64,000 bases of DNA, from positions 13,807 to 77,806 of the IMG/VR virus record IMGVR_UViG_3300032053_000038; one strand, 5' to 3'. Made by a program: the position numbers and the translations under genes. Below are positions 19,830 to 29,564 of the stretch, in pieces. The notes under the pieces were generated by a model, which saw only the letters and a list, made by a program, of their open reading frames with translations, was not told where the DNA came from and did no database searches. Source of the DNA: a virus. How positions within the stretch are numbered: position 1 is the stretch's first letter; each line of letters starts with the position of its first letter.

Positions 19830-21545
19830 TTAGGGAACGCGACCCATGTTATTTTGGTTATCCTGACTATTAACTATATGCTCCAGCCCTTTGTATGTAG
19901 CATATCCTCCAGCAGCAAACGCCCCAGCAAATGCAATAGGTGGTCCCGCTGTCGCAAGTAACGCAGCACCCCCAGCTCTTATAGCAGATCCAGCACCTAA
20001 TGCTAGAGCAAGCTGTGTAATAGCCGTCCCCGCGTGCACAGCTCCAGCAGCCATAGTACCCACATCTCTACCCATCCAAGTACCTAATGCACCGGCAAGA
20101 GGGCCGGCTACTATCTGCATTATATTCTTTGTATGATTCTCAATCTGCTTGAGAGGCTCTATCATATTTGTTAACTTCTCGATACCAGCAGCTGTTCTCT
20201 TCTGAGGGTCACCTAACTCAGCTAATTTGTCATGCATACCTTGTTCTGTTAAAGCTGAATTCTCCATTACATTTCTAAGTAAGAGAACCTCTTTAGGTGT
20301 AGTGGCATTTATACCCAGAAGTTCAGATACTTTCTGGGCTGCCATAGATTGAGTAGCAAAGTCGCCCGGCAGTGTAGAAGTTATCTGATCAAAAACTCTT
20401 CTTGCGCTCTCAAAAGGCTTATCAAAGAACTTACCAAAATCTTTTTCCCCTATAGAAGTAACAGGCATACCTGTCGCGAAAGACATTATACCTAATGCCT
20501 TATCCATTGGCATTTGACCTAAACCAGTAGCAATACGTTCGGCCATCTGTGCAATTTCTACCTGCGTGGTAGACTGACCTAATATTGTAATATCTCGAGA
20601 GAAGGCAGCCATAATGTTGGTGGCTTCTCCCAGATCTGCGCCTACACCACGGAGAGACTTACCCATATTAAGTAAGTGGTCCCCAACTTCTTTTGTATGC
20701 ATCCCGGTCTGCTGAGAAAGGATGCTAGCTTCATTATATGCTTTAGTTAGACCACCAGTATCTAAATTTAAATTTCTTGTAGCGGTAATTAATATATCAA
20801 TAGAATCTTTTGTTTGCAATCCAAAATTGGCGAGAGTACCAATTAAGGTAGTCATACCCTCTTCAGTATTCTTAAATGCCGTAGGAGCCTTGAAAGCAAC
20901 GTCTGTTAAGAGTTGCATCCTTTCAACTGGGTCCATTGCGCCCGCAGGCACCCCACCTAAGAGGCGACTTGTCGCCATCCCAGGACCCATACCTCCACCA
21001 CCTACGGCAGCACTCAATTTTGCTGAAGCAGCTTCGAGTTGGGATGCTAATCCTATAATGGGATTTTTTTCGATCTCTCCTAACAGAGCTCCACCCTTAG
21101 CGAAAGGGGATTCCGTTATTAGTGCCCTAGATAAGGCTACATCTCGCTCCCTATTTATGTCCGCTTCTGCTTTTCTTATTTTTTCAAGTAGTTCAGGTTG
21201 ATCCCTCTCTAACAGTCTTAAAGAGGCCTTTCTTCTATCAAATTGTTCATCCAACTGAGCTTTTATTTTATCTTCTGCAGAACCTATTTCCGCATAAGCT
21301 TCTTTTTCAAGTTCCCTCTGAGCTTTTAACCCATCTAATTGTGTCTGAATAGCTCTTATTCTATCTTTGTCTTTGTCGTCTTCCCCTTGCTTATAAGAAA
21401 TAGCTTTCTCAATTAGCTGATTTATTTCAGCTAAGGAGCGAGCTATTTCCTTCTGGGAAATGCTTTGATTATAGAGTAAGTCAGCCTCCTTCTGGAGAGA
21501 AGAAATTCTATCATCACCAGAAGATGGATCAGCCGGATCTACCAT
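19830..21545 (-). CDS. Tape measure protein
   Basis: 571-aa A/G/M-rich helical protein with a hydrophobic C-terminal region, directly after the frameshifted chaperone. Confidence 0.75.
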   Translation of the reverse strand: MVDPADPSSGDDRISSLQKEADLLYNQSISQKEIARSLAEINQLIEKAISYKQGEDDKDKDRIRAIQTQLDGLKAQRELEKEAYAEIGSAEDKIKAQLDEQFDRRKASLRLLERDQPELLEKIRKAEADINRERDVALSRALITESPFAKGGALLGEIEKNPIIGLASQLEAASAKLSAAVGGGGMGPGMATSRLLGGVPAGAMDPVERMQLLTDVAFKAPTAFKNTEEGMTTLIGTLANFGLQTKDSIDILITATRNLNLDTGGLTKAYNEASILSQQTGMHTKEVGDHLLNMGKSLRGVGADLGEATNIMAAFSRDITILGQSTTQVEIAQMAERIATGLGQMPMDKALGIMSFATGMPVTSIGEKDFGKFFDKPFESARRVFDQITSTLPGDFATQSMAAQKVSELLGINATTPKEVLLLRNVMENSALTEQGMHDKLAELGDPQKRTAAGIEKLTNMIEPLKQIENHTKNIMQIVAGPLAGALGTWMGRDVGTMAAGAVHAGTAITQLALALGAGSAIRAGGAALLATAGPPIAFAGAFAAGGYATYKGLEHIVNSQDNQNNMGRVP

Positions 21546-21903
21546 TAGATTCTCTCAATTACATCTATATCAACATCAACAACAGCAGGAGTAATACTTT
21601 GCTCCGTAATATTAAGTCTAGTTAATTCTTCTTCACTTAATTTTCGCCCAGCCATTTTTTCAATATCACTTAAGAATTCAGTAGACTCTTGTTTTCCTTC
21701 CAACTCATCTTGATATGCTTCCGGTCTAATATGGATACAGAGATATTTTAAAAGATCTACCTGCTCTCCTCTATCTTTGTTAATATTAGATATTAACCAA
21801 AGCTTCTGCGGAAGAGTCAAGCTCAAAAACTTTTCATCGTTCGGAGAACAATGAAAGAGTTTACATATCTCGTAATCAGTTCTAAAAAGAGGCGACTCTA
21901 CGT
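21545..21903 (-). CDS. Tail assembly chaperone, -1 frameshift extension (GT-like)
   Basis: The -1 frame is open from the slippery site (NVESPLFRTDYEICKLFHCSPNDEKFLSLTLPQKLW...) through ORF 21545..21826. Confidence 0.8.
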
Positions 21904-22320
21904 TTTTTTTAAACCAGTCAGAACTAGATCCTGATCGGTGACTAGTTCCATATAAAAACCGTAGAATTCTCTCAGTACACGGGTTTGTAGCCCCGCATAG
22001 AACTTACGTAATGTATCCACATCAGCTTCGGTATATACTGCATCGTTGATAGCTACCGTAGCATAGGCTAATGTTTCCACCTGCAATTGCGTATACTTGG
22101 CAATTGCGTCAACATTTTCGGAGGCGGGAAGAGTCGAGAGGATTTTATGTTGGCGGGCAGCCGACAGAGTTTGTAGCGATACTACAACACCAGTAAGAAT
22201 CTCCTTGGTCTTTTTTATGTAACCAAGTTGAGAAATATCTTTTAGTTCAAGAGGCTTTACAGACTTTTCTTCTTTCTTTTCTTCGACGTTAGACATTAAA
22301 ATGTCTCCTTTAGGAAGCAA
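21898..22320 (-). CDS. Tail assembly chaperone (G-like); true start possibly 22296
   Basis: Between tube and tape measure genes; ends GLKKT on a slippery sequence. GGAG precedes MSNVEE. Confidence 0.8.
   Translation of the reverse strand: MLPKGDILMSNVEEKKEEKSVKPLELKDISQLGYIKKTKEILTGVVVSLQTLSAARQHKILSTLPASENVDAIAKYTQLQVETLAYATVAINDAVYTEADVDTLRKFYAGLQTRVLREFYGFYMELVTDQDLVLTGLKKT
21904..21913 (-). promoter_or_regulatory. Programmed -1 ribosomal frameshift site T-TTA-AAA-AAA
   Basis: Minus strand reads GGT TTA AAA AAA ACG TAG, giving two overlapping X-XXY-YYZ heptamers. Confidence 0.8.
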
Positions 22321-22852
22321 CCTCTACAACTTCTCTTTCTGTATAAGCAATATTAACGTCCTGTACGATCTTTAGATCTGATCCACCACCACCTAATGTA
22401 TAAGCCTTAGGGTTAGTAGTTAGCCAGCACTTTCTATAAATAGTAATGTTAGTTGGCTGATTAGATCCTTCTGGTACAGCCTCAATTTTGATAAGAGCAA
22501 ATGGTTTATACTGGAATACTACGTCGCCATTTTCTATAACGAAGGTTTGTGTAACATCGGAGTCGTACAGAACAACTCGAGTTAGACGTACCGTTCGCAT
22601 TTGAACTAGCCCAGGATATACTTCAGTTACAACGCCTGGCTTAGTATAATCCATCTCAAAACGCATGTGAGCTGGGCGATCGTTGGATTCAGTTAATGAT
22701 TGAACAGCACCAATCGGCGTATTCTGTACAGCTGTAAGAATAGCTGCCGGATTCGAAAGTTGTCCTGCGTCTAGAGTATCTTCTGGAATGAGTTTGATTG
22801 TAATCGACGTTGCAAGTCGAGCTACAGTTTTTGGAAGCTTTGGAATTGACAT
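22310..22852 (-). CDS. Tail tube protein (paralogue 2)
   Basis: IGAVQSLTES..RFEMD..EVYPG..LTRVVLY..IYRKCWLT pattern, downstream of the sheath. Confidence 0.75.
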   Translation of the reverse strand: MSIPKLPKTVARLATSITIKLIPEDTLDAGQLSNPAAILTAVQNTPIGAVQSLTESNDRPAHMRFEMDYTKPGVVTEVYPGLVQMRTVRLTRVVLYDSDVTQTFVIENGDVVFQYKPFALIKIEAVPEGSNQPTNITIYRKCWLTTNPKAYTLGGGGSDLKIVQDVNIAYTEREVVEVAS

Positions 22853-22865
22853 TGGTTAAATCTCC

Positions 22866-23456
22866 CTAAGAATTCAACGTAATTTGCTGTCTTGGTCCAT
22901 AGCCGATAACAGCGTCTTCAAATACAGCTGGGTCAGACCCAGGAGTTCGTACAGCATATTCACGAGTTAAGTTTGTTAATAAACACTGCCTAAAAAAAGT
23001 TACTGTTGCAGCAACACCTGATCCCTCTGGAGCACTTTCATGTCTTATAATTATAAATGGTATCTTGATTTGTTGAGAAAGCAAACTCGCCTCATTAATA
23101 CCCGACTGCTTCATTACATCTTCATATCCTAAGATCTGAATAAGATCGCTCTTATATAGAACAGCCCTTCTTAAATTGATTCTCCGCTGTAATGGAGAAC
23201 CCATAATCTCTAAAGGCTGTCCTGGAATATCAGAATCAAGCTCGTGTCTAGGTGTACCCGTTCTTTCCTGAGTATCAGTAAAACTAACAACACCATCTAA
23301 CAACTTCATTTGAGTCTGAATTGCTGAAAGAACCGTCCTCGGTTGAAAGATAGACTTAAAGAAAGTTCCCAGACTGATTGCGTCTTCCCGCAGCGTATAA
23401 AAACTAACCGATGTGGCAAGACGAATCTGTGTCTTAGGAAGATTCGGAATAGCCAT
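22866..23456 (-). CDS. Tail tube protein (paralogue 1)
   Basis: Homologous to 22310..22852 (LPKTxxRLATS, LxRxVLYxSD, PEGS, RxCxLT). Confidence 0.7.
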   Translation of the reverse strand: MAIPNLPKTQIRLATSVSFYTLREDAISLGTFFKSIFQPRTVLSAIQTQMKLLDGVVSFTDTQERTGTPRHELDSDIPGQPLEIMGSPLQRRINLRRAVLYKSDLIQILGYEDVMKQSGINEASLLSQQIKIPFIIIRHESAPEGSGVAATVTFFRQCLLTNLTREYAVRTPGSDPAVFEDAVIGYGPRQQITLNS

Positions 23457-25480
23457 TAAATGGTAAACTTAACGTTAATCCACCGAAGGGTTCTTACAGG
23501 CTGAATCTTAAACGATACATCGATCTGTCGGGGATCCAGCGAATTAATAGTCGAACGAATGTTACTGTAACTATTAAGAATTGTTAAAGCAACTAAGTTA
23601 TCTAGAATGGTCTGAATAGTGGCTATTACTAGGTTAGGTGTATCCGGTAGTAACTTAACACCTATGAAGATGTTCTCAAGTAGTCGCCGAATTACCTTTG
23701 CAGTAAAGTCAGTGATTTCAGTAACAGCAAATTCCTGACCATCTACTGTAGAGCGATCAGCTGTAGTATCTTCTGTAATACGGGCAATGGTATCAATAGT
23801 TTCAATTACAGTTACACCACCGTTTCTAAGTAAGAGCTTGTCTGTTCTAAGAAGACCAGTTATCACCGTCTGAAAACCAGTTACTTCCTTTCTAAGCAGC
23901 GGTTCGGCTACGTCATAGTTTGCATTAATACGAATACCAGCTACAGCAGCTGCTAGGAAGGAACCATCTAGAGCAGTTTCTGTTCCATTTAATAGCATCG
24001 TTACAGATGATGGATACACCAGCATGATTCTACGGCCATTACCACCAGAGGCTAATGCTGCCGCATAACCAGTTGCCTGAGCGACGGAAGGATTACCCTG
24101 TAGCCCAAGAATCGATGTTCTCTCTTTCTTCTCAAGAGGCGCACTGGAATTCACTACATGAGATAGAACGAAAGAGTATAAGTTAGGATCAGCGGTTAGT
24201 GGAACCACGATGTTAACATTTTCGACAGCAGCTAGTCTGTTAAGAGCATTAATATATCCAAGAAGATCAGGCTGATCGGCCGGATTAATCTGAACTGCTA
24301 CGATTCCACCTGTATTACCACTATTCTCGAAGATAAGCTGAGAGCCTAGGGACAATGAGTTAGCAACACTCGGATCTCCATAAGTGGCCATTAACTGATC
24401 GTGGCTGCTGAAGAACTGCGGCGCATAGTCAGCAGTTACTTTAGGAGTATTATACGTTAAGGAATAAGTAACAGCAGCTACAGGCTCTTTAGGAGATAAT
24501 GCAATTAGCCCACCGAAGAAGCCTAGTAATGTGTTAGCTGAGCCATTTCCAATAGAAAGGCTTGCGTTATCAGTTTCAGTAGTTTCTACTTTAATATACT
24601 TACTGGAAACAACAGATACAGTTACACCTAAGAAGCCAGCACTCAGGGCAACTTGAACAGCTGCAGCGTTCGCATAAACACCGCTGAGCGTAACTGCTTG
24701 GAGTTGATCTACGTAACCACTTCCAGTAGTATCATGGACAATAATAGAGAAGACGGCTGGAGTAGCGAAAGTAATGCCACCACTAAGATCTACACTTCCA
24801 GTAAAAGCAGCTGCGAAAGCGGGACTCCAGTCTACATCTCCACCAGCGCGTTCGGTACCAGTATTAGTGATACCTAGCTTAAGATCCCCGGCAATATCAT
24901 TTAATGTTCCAACAGTAACAACTGCGGAGCTACTAGCACCAGCTACTCCAGAAGTCAATGTATAAACTCCAGCAGCAAATACCGCTGTGAAATCGCTATA
25001 GACTAATGCATTAGCTATGCTAATGGGGGTTAACGCTCTCACAGCTACTTGAATGGCGGCGGCAATGAGTGATCCAGTTGTTAACAAAGTTGTCGTAATT
25101 GAAACAGTCTGAACCCCATCACCGTTAAGATTAATCTTAAAGGTGCCAGGAGTTGCATGAGCAGATAGATCCGCAGATGCTCCACCACCAGATACACTTG
25201 TACCATATGATAGAATATAATCTAGGTCCCGAGTATACTGGACCATGTTAACATCCATAATATTTGCAGGCAAAGCAGTAGCCTTCGGGGTTAGAACATC
25301 ATAAGAAAGAGTTCCTGATCGGGTAATGGTACTCGATTGAACTAACTTAGTTATCTCTCCCTTTCCTATAAGGCCTACTGTCCTTACACCGCCAGGAACT
25401 GAGGGAAGAGCTGTTGATGGTACGAATTGAACAACTACTCCGGACTCAGCGTTCTGCGCGCTTAATGGTGCTTCACTCAT
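23456..25480 (-). CDS. Contractile tail sheath protein
   Basis: GVVVQFV..VGLIGKG N-terminus, LDGSFLAAAVAG, GGVTVIE, and C-terminal DPRQIDVSFKIQPVRTLRWINVKFTI. Confidence 0.92.
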   Translation of the reverse strand: MSEAPLSAQNAESGVVVQFVPSTALPSVPGGVRTVGLIGKGEITKLVQSSTITRSGTLSYDVLTPKATALPANIMDVNMVQYTRDLDYILSYGTSVSGGGASADLSAHATPGTFKINLNGDGVQTVSITTTLLTTGSLIAAAIQVAVRALTPISIANALVYSDFTAVFAAGVYTLTSGVAGASSSAVVTVGTLNDIAGDLKLGITNTGTERAGGDVDWSPAFAAAFTGSVDLSGGITFATPAVFSIIVHDTTGSGYVDQLQAVTLSGVYANAAAVQVALSAGFLGVTVSVVSSKYIKVETTETDNASLSIGNGSANTLLGFFGGLIALSPKEPVAAVTYSLTYNTPKVTADYAPQFFSSHDQLMATYGDPSVANSLSLGSQLIFENSGNTGGIVAVQINPADQPDLLGYINALNRLAAVENVNIVVPLTADPNLYSFVLSHVVNSSAPLEKKERTSILGLQGNPSVAQATGYAAALASGGNGRRIMLVYPSSVTMLLNGTETALDGSFLAAAVAGIRINANYDVAEPLLRKEVTGFQTVITGLLRTDKLLLRNGGVTVIETIDTIARITEDTTADRSTVDGQEFAVTEITDFTAKVIRRLLENIFIGVKLLPDTPNLVIATIQTILDNLVALTILNSYSNIRSTINSLDPRQIDVSFKIQPVRTLRWINVKFTI

Positions 25481-25515
25481 TTTATTTCTCCAATAAATTT
25501 AGCTTTTTAACAATA

Positions 25516-25572
25516 TCAACCCTTTGGAAAGAGGTTTTCTTCTTTTTCTTGAGAACACTTCGTGCAATTCAT
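25516..25572 (-). pseudogene. Possible relic N-terminus of a homing endonuclease gene
   Basis: TAATG-coupled mini-ORF MNCTKCSQEKEENLFPKG*, matching CTKCHKKMAVSLFMKG in the HNH protein at 51757..52359. Confidence 0.4.
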
Positions 25573-26189
25573 TAGAAATCTACTTTGAAATCTTGTGCTA
25601 TAAAATCAGTATAAATATGACCACTGAAATTATCCACAGTGGAATTAGGATCGATAGTTGATTCTTCAACCCACTCTGCATAAAGTTTCATCTCTATGCC
25701 AGAAGTATAATACCAACGATCGTTAATATATTCTCGTCCATCTCTCGATAATGACGTTCTGATAATACCCACACCTCTATCAGCTAGGTCATCAGTTACA
25801 ATCTTTAATTTTTGATACATCCTGTCCATTACTTCGTCGCGAGTAATCACATCTAGAGACATAGCTGTTACCCCAACGGTAAATGTAATGGGTGCGCCTC
25901 TTCTTTCTACCTGATTACCATTTTCAACTGAATATTGAAAATAATCTTCCTGTAAGAATCTTTGCTCTTCTCCCGACAACGTCATTACGTTAATTGAAGG
26001 AAGAAAATAAAAATCTTGCGGCGTTGCATCATTAATCGCTATCTTAGTACAATCCCAAACAACCTGATGTGTCACAGGATCTTCTACATAAGTATAAAGT
26101 GCATCTGTAGAAAAGACTCGACGAAACTCTAAAATAATAGCATCGCGAACTCGCTTCGCGATTAGTGGTCCCAGAACATACTCTGGCAT
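25572..26189 (-). CDS. Tail terminator/completion protein
   Basis: Directly upstream of the sheath; LPSINV...RDEVMD pattern and size. Confidence 0.6.
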   Translation of the reverse strand: MPEYVLGPLIAKRVRDAIILEFRRVFSTDALYTYVEDPVTHQVVWDCTKIAINDATPQDFYFLPSINVMTLSGEEQRFLQEDYFQYSVENGNQVERRGAPITFTVGVTAMSLDVITRDEVMDRMYQKLKIVTDDLADRGVGIIRTSLSRDGREYINDRWYYTSGIEMKLYAEWVEESTIDPNSTVDNFSGHIYTDFIAQDFKVDF

Positions 26190-26233
26190 TAGATTATTCC
26201 TTGATTTTTAAGAACCAAATAAATATCATTTGA

Positions 26234-26800
26234 TTAAGGTGCAGGCGGCACAACAGGGCACGTTAAGCCTGTCATATTGGTAGGTAATCCCTCAATAGCA
26301 ACATTGTAAATAGGATTACTCCGCTCAATCTCTGTAGATGTAAATAGTTGTCTTAATATATGGTGACGCCATTTAGTCTGTTGTACGTTATTAATCCAAA
26401 ATCTCTGATTGTTTCGACGTACAAAGAAGTCCTTATTGTCTATTCGGGGCTCCCATAAAGCCCAATCAGTAGACGTAAAATCGCGCCTTAGGCCCTGTTC
26501 GTAAACACGTATCTGTTGAGCTGCTACAGTGCTAAAACTAATAAAAATTTCGAATGGCCCAAAGTATCCACCCACGAAACCAGTACCATAACAAATTGTA
26601 TCAGTAAGATCAACCTTATGCTGCCTTCTGACAGTGTCGAAGTTAGGACATACTACTCCAGCCCACATCCTCTTATAAAGGAGAACGCGCTCGCCACCCA
26701 TCGCTTGCATCCACCGTAAGCGATCTCTTATATCAAGAAATCTTTCTACTGGTGGATCAATGCGATCCTCTACAGCTGGAAGAATTTGTAAGTGACTCAC
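26234..26800 (-). CDS. Neck / head-closure protein
   Basis: GERVLLYKR..G..C...CYGTGFVGGY..P, PRIDNKDFFVR, QRFWI motifs and synteny. Confidence 0.65.
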   Translation of the reverse strand: MSHLQILPAVEDRIDPPVERFLDIRDRLRWMQAMGGERVLLYKRMWAGVVCPNFDTVRRQHKVDLTDTICYGTGFVGGYFGPFEIFISFSTVAAQQIRVYEQGLRRDFTSTDWALWEPRIDNKDFFVRRNNQRFWINNVQQTKWRHHILRQLFTSTEIERSNPIYNVAIEGLPTNMTGLTCPVVPPAP

Positions 26801-26801
26801 T

Positions 26802-27377
26802 TTACACCCTCAAGTAGCTAACTAATAATGTTCCCGATACAGGAGCTGTATTCACCGTAAGAGTAGCCTGATTTGTTCCTTCTGTATAATCGGTTCCTCG
26901 AATAAGTAAATGAGATGTAGATCCGACGTTAAGAACTACTTGGGTTGTATTATATCTAAATAAAGAAGCTGTTGTAAAGGCGTGGTTTGATCCGTCGATA
27001 GCACCTGAAGGTATCTCACCCATTACAAAGGAATCAAAGGTAACTGTAGTAGCTCTGAATGGTTTTTCTTCAAAGCCGTCAAAAGTTGTATCTGAAACTG
27101 GAGGTGTTTGAGAAATATCACTGCTCATCCCAGAAGCATCAACAGCTACTACTTTATAAAAGAAGTTTAATCCAAAGGTATAAGGAACCTTATCGACATA
27201 CTGTTTGTAAGGAGATATGATGTCAGCAATTTTTGCATAACTTTCATATTCAAGATTTGAACGCCAAACCTGATAGATAGTTACACCCTCCGCAGCGTCA
27301 TTTAATTCCCACTCAACCAGTATACGACGACCGGCGAGCAAATTAGTGACGACCGGATGCCTAACTATACTAGGCAT
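26802..27377 (-). CDS. Fibronectin-III-domain virion protein
   Basis: VEW..YQVWRS..YVD..FFYKVVAVDASGMSS, plus a C-terminal EIPSGAIDGSN..FT..GTDYT domain. Confidence 0.7.
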   Translation of the reverse strand: MPSIVRHPVVTNLLAGRRILVEWELNDAAEGVTIYQVWRSNLEYESYAKIADIISPYKQYVDKVPYTFGLNFFYKVVAVDASGMSSDISQTPPVSDTTFDGFEEKPFRATTVTFDSFVMGEIPSGAIDGSNHAFTTASLFRYNTTQVVLNVGSTSHLLIRGTDYTEGTNQATLTVNTAPVSGTLLVSYLRV

Positions 27378-27907
27378 TATTCAACCTCACAAACGCAAGG
27401 CATTGTGTCGCAAGTTTCACAGGTACCACTATATCTAATCACAATATTACTAGGGAGTTCAATGATACCTAGATACGCGCGCTTATCATTAATAATAATT
27501 GAATCTCCTGCGAAGAGGAGCTCCACCTTATCATTTATAGCTGTCTTATTAACCTCTGCAACGGCTCCAGCAGATAGAACTATAGCATACGTGCCGACCT
27601 TCTCAACATTGTCGGAAACATAATCTGTAATGACCAGGTTGCCTTGTGAATCCAAAAAGATATCTTTTTCACAAGCGTAGTCGCTGACTAGTTCAACTAC
27701 ATCACCTGTTCTAAAAGAATTAGTAGGTAGATGCTTTTGAATATCAACATCTTCGACATCTCCCATTGTTTTCACTAATTCCTTAACAGTTTCCACGTTC
27801 CATTTCTTGTCGGCGGAAACGCGAAGATCTACAGTAACTCTATATAGACCATCTAGTTCCTGCTCTCCCGATGCTTCTTTTGTCGACAAACTAGTCAGTT
27901 TCTCCAT
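27377..27907 (-). CDS. Hypothetical protein with Cys-rich C-terminus
   Basis: 176-aa ORF ending CETCDTMPCVCEVE. Confidence 0.5.
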   Translation of the reverse strand: MEKLTSLSTKEASGEQELDGLYRVTVDLRVSADKKWNVETVKELVKTMGDVEDVDIQKHLPTNSFRTGDVVELVSDYACEKDIFLDSQGNLVITDYVSDNVEKVGTYAIVLSAGAVAEVNKTAINDKVELLFAGDSIIINDKRAYLGIIELPSNIVIRYSGTCETCDTMPCVCEVE

Positions 27908-27961
27908 AATATTCTTATCCTATTAATAAATGACATTATACTAAATAGTCGGTTATTTTCC

Positions 27962-28849
27962 TTACTTTAAAGAATCTAGGCCAGTGAAATTACCTGTTTT
28001 AATGTCATGTTCCCAAATACGAGCAACAACATATCCGGCTTTTTTTAATTGGGAATCAACAAAATTATCATGACTTCTAGTGTATTTAAGTCCGGAATTT
28101 CTATCACTTACATTACAAGTAGGACACCCATGCCAATAACATCCGTCGGCATAGATACAAATATTTGGTTTAATAAAGACATCAGGAACCGTAAGATTTA
28201 TAATTTTAGGGTGCAACTCAAATGAAACACCTCGACGAGTAAGTTCCGCTTGAAGGGCAATTTCGATAGAGGTATTTTTAAAAATTTCAGGCTGATTCAT
28301 TCGATTTTCACGACACTGTTGACTCCACGCTACAGTTTCAGTTAGAGCTTTATGAGGACCTGCTACCAATTGAATGTTCAATTTATTTGCTCTATCACGT
28401 ACAGAGGATTGTGAGCAGCTAAGTTCTTTAGCTAAATTTAAAATTCCTCTAAATTCTACTGCTTCCCTAAAAAGTCCATCAGGAATAGATAGCATTTGAT
28501 GATTACGTCTATGAGGCTGCTTTCGATTACGTTGTATATTTAACTCAGTCATTCGCGCAACTATTTGACCTGGATGAGAATCATACTTAGTAGCCACTTG
28601 CTTAATAGTATTACTCTTTAAAAGTAACTCTAAATTTTCTTTCGTAAGATGACTAAGTTTTTTAACAACTAAGGGTTTGTGACAAAATTTACCAATAGGA
28701 ATATTATAGTGATTAAATACTTTTACCAGAGTAGCATAGTCACATTGAACAGTATCAGCTACTTTATAGATGTTACGTTGTTCGTCGTAGATATTGATTA
28801 AATCTTCTTTTTTATAGACCGATAAAATATTTTGTATTGAGTTTCTCAT
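27962..28849 (-). mobile_element. Free-standing Vsr-like/DUF559 (EDxHD-type) homing endonuclease gene
   Basis: TSIE..PDVF..YADGCYWHGC..HD..LKKAGYVVARIWEHDI nuclease domain, HTH-like N-terminal repeats, AT-rich, interrupts the neck module. Confidence 0.8.
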
Positions 28850-28892
28850 ATATCTTATAACAAATAGATAATAGAAATCAATGGCGTTTCGG

Positions 28893-29384
28893 TTAAAAGC
28901 TACTCCAGAGGAAGCTGGACCCTAAACTTATTTTTAAGAATTGACCTAGCTGACTTTGATACCGAGGAGTACCTAAACCACGACCACCCTGCGCAATAAT
29001 ACGGGTCTTTTTAAAGTTAGTAATCATTCGCTCGTAGGCTTTTGTCATGGTAATGAGAGAGGCATTAATCTTGGAGGTTTGATCTATAGCAACAGTAACG
29101 CCTTGATCGCTCCAAGAGAAGTCATCAAGAGTAGCTCTCATCTGCATAAAAACTGATGCGTAGTAGCTAGCACCGAATCGAATAATAGGGGATAGTGTCC
29201 CAGGCATCGAGTCTATTGTGTAATATTCAGCTGGAGGAACGTTGTTAATATCAGACAAGACTATCTCTAAAAACTGTAGAACTCTTGCCGGTGTAGCCGT
29301 ACCTCGAAAACGTTCAGGCATCAATACATAAGCTTCCTGGACTAGCTGTTGCTCCTTAGCTGTTAAAACTTCTCCGGTTGGCAT
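28893..29384 (-). CDS. Head-tail adaptor/connector
   Basis: Helical 163-aa protein with LSDINNVPP and FSWSDQGVTVAID; first gene of the neck module. Confidence 0.65.
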   Translation of the reverse strand: MPTGEVLTAKEQQLVQEAYVLMPERFRGTATPARVLQFLEIVLSDINNVPPAEYYTIDSMPGTLSPIIRFGASYYASVFMQMRATLDDFSWSDQGVTVAIDQTSKINASLITMTKAYERMITNFKKTRIIAQGGRGLGTPRYQSQLGQFLKISLGSSFLWSSF

Positions 29385-29387
29385 ATA

Positions 29388-29564
29388 TTATGGCCTCCTA
29401 ATCCACCAGACCCAATCGTCGGATTTGATTAAACCTTTTTCGAGTAAGTCTTGTTTAGTTGCTTTCCGAAGACACTGCTTATGAAAAGTATACTCTTTAC
29501 CTTGAGTGTATATCTTCTTTTTGTCAGAAGCCTTTACCAATTCATTACACAGAGCGCAAATCAT
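29388..29564 (-). CDS. 58-aa CxxC...HxxC zinc-finger microprotein (not in ORF track)
   Basis: ATGA-coupled to the upstream gene. MICALCNELVKASDKKKIYTQGKEYTFHKQCLRK...WVWWIRRP*. Confidence 0.7.
   Translation of the reverse strand: MICALCNELVKASDKKKIYTQGKEYTFHKQCLRKATKQDLLEKGLIKSDDWVWWIRRP

Noticed and set aside
9125-25480. Extracellular contractile injection system or tailocin
   Set aside because: Terminase, portal, protease, capsid and neck genes are in the same operon, so this is a phage tail.
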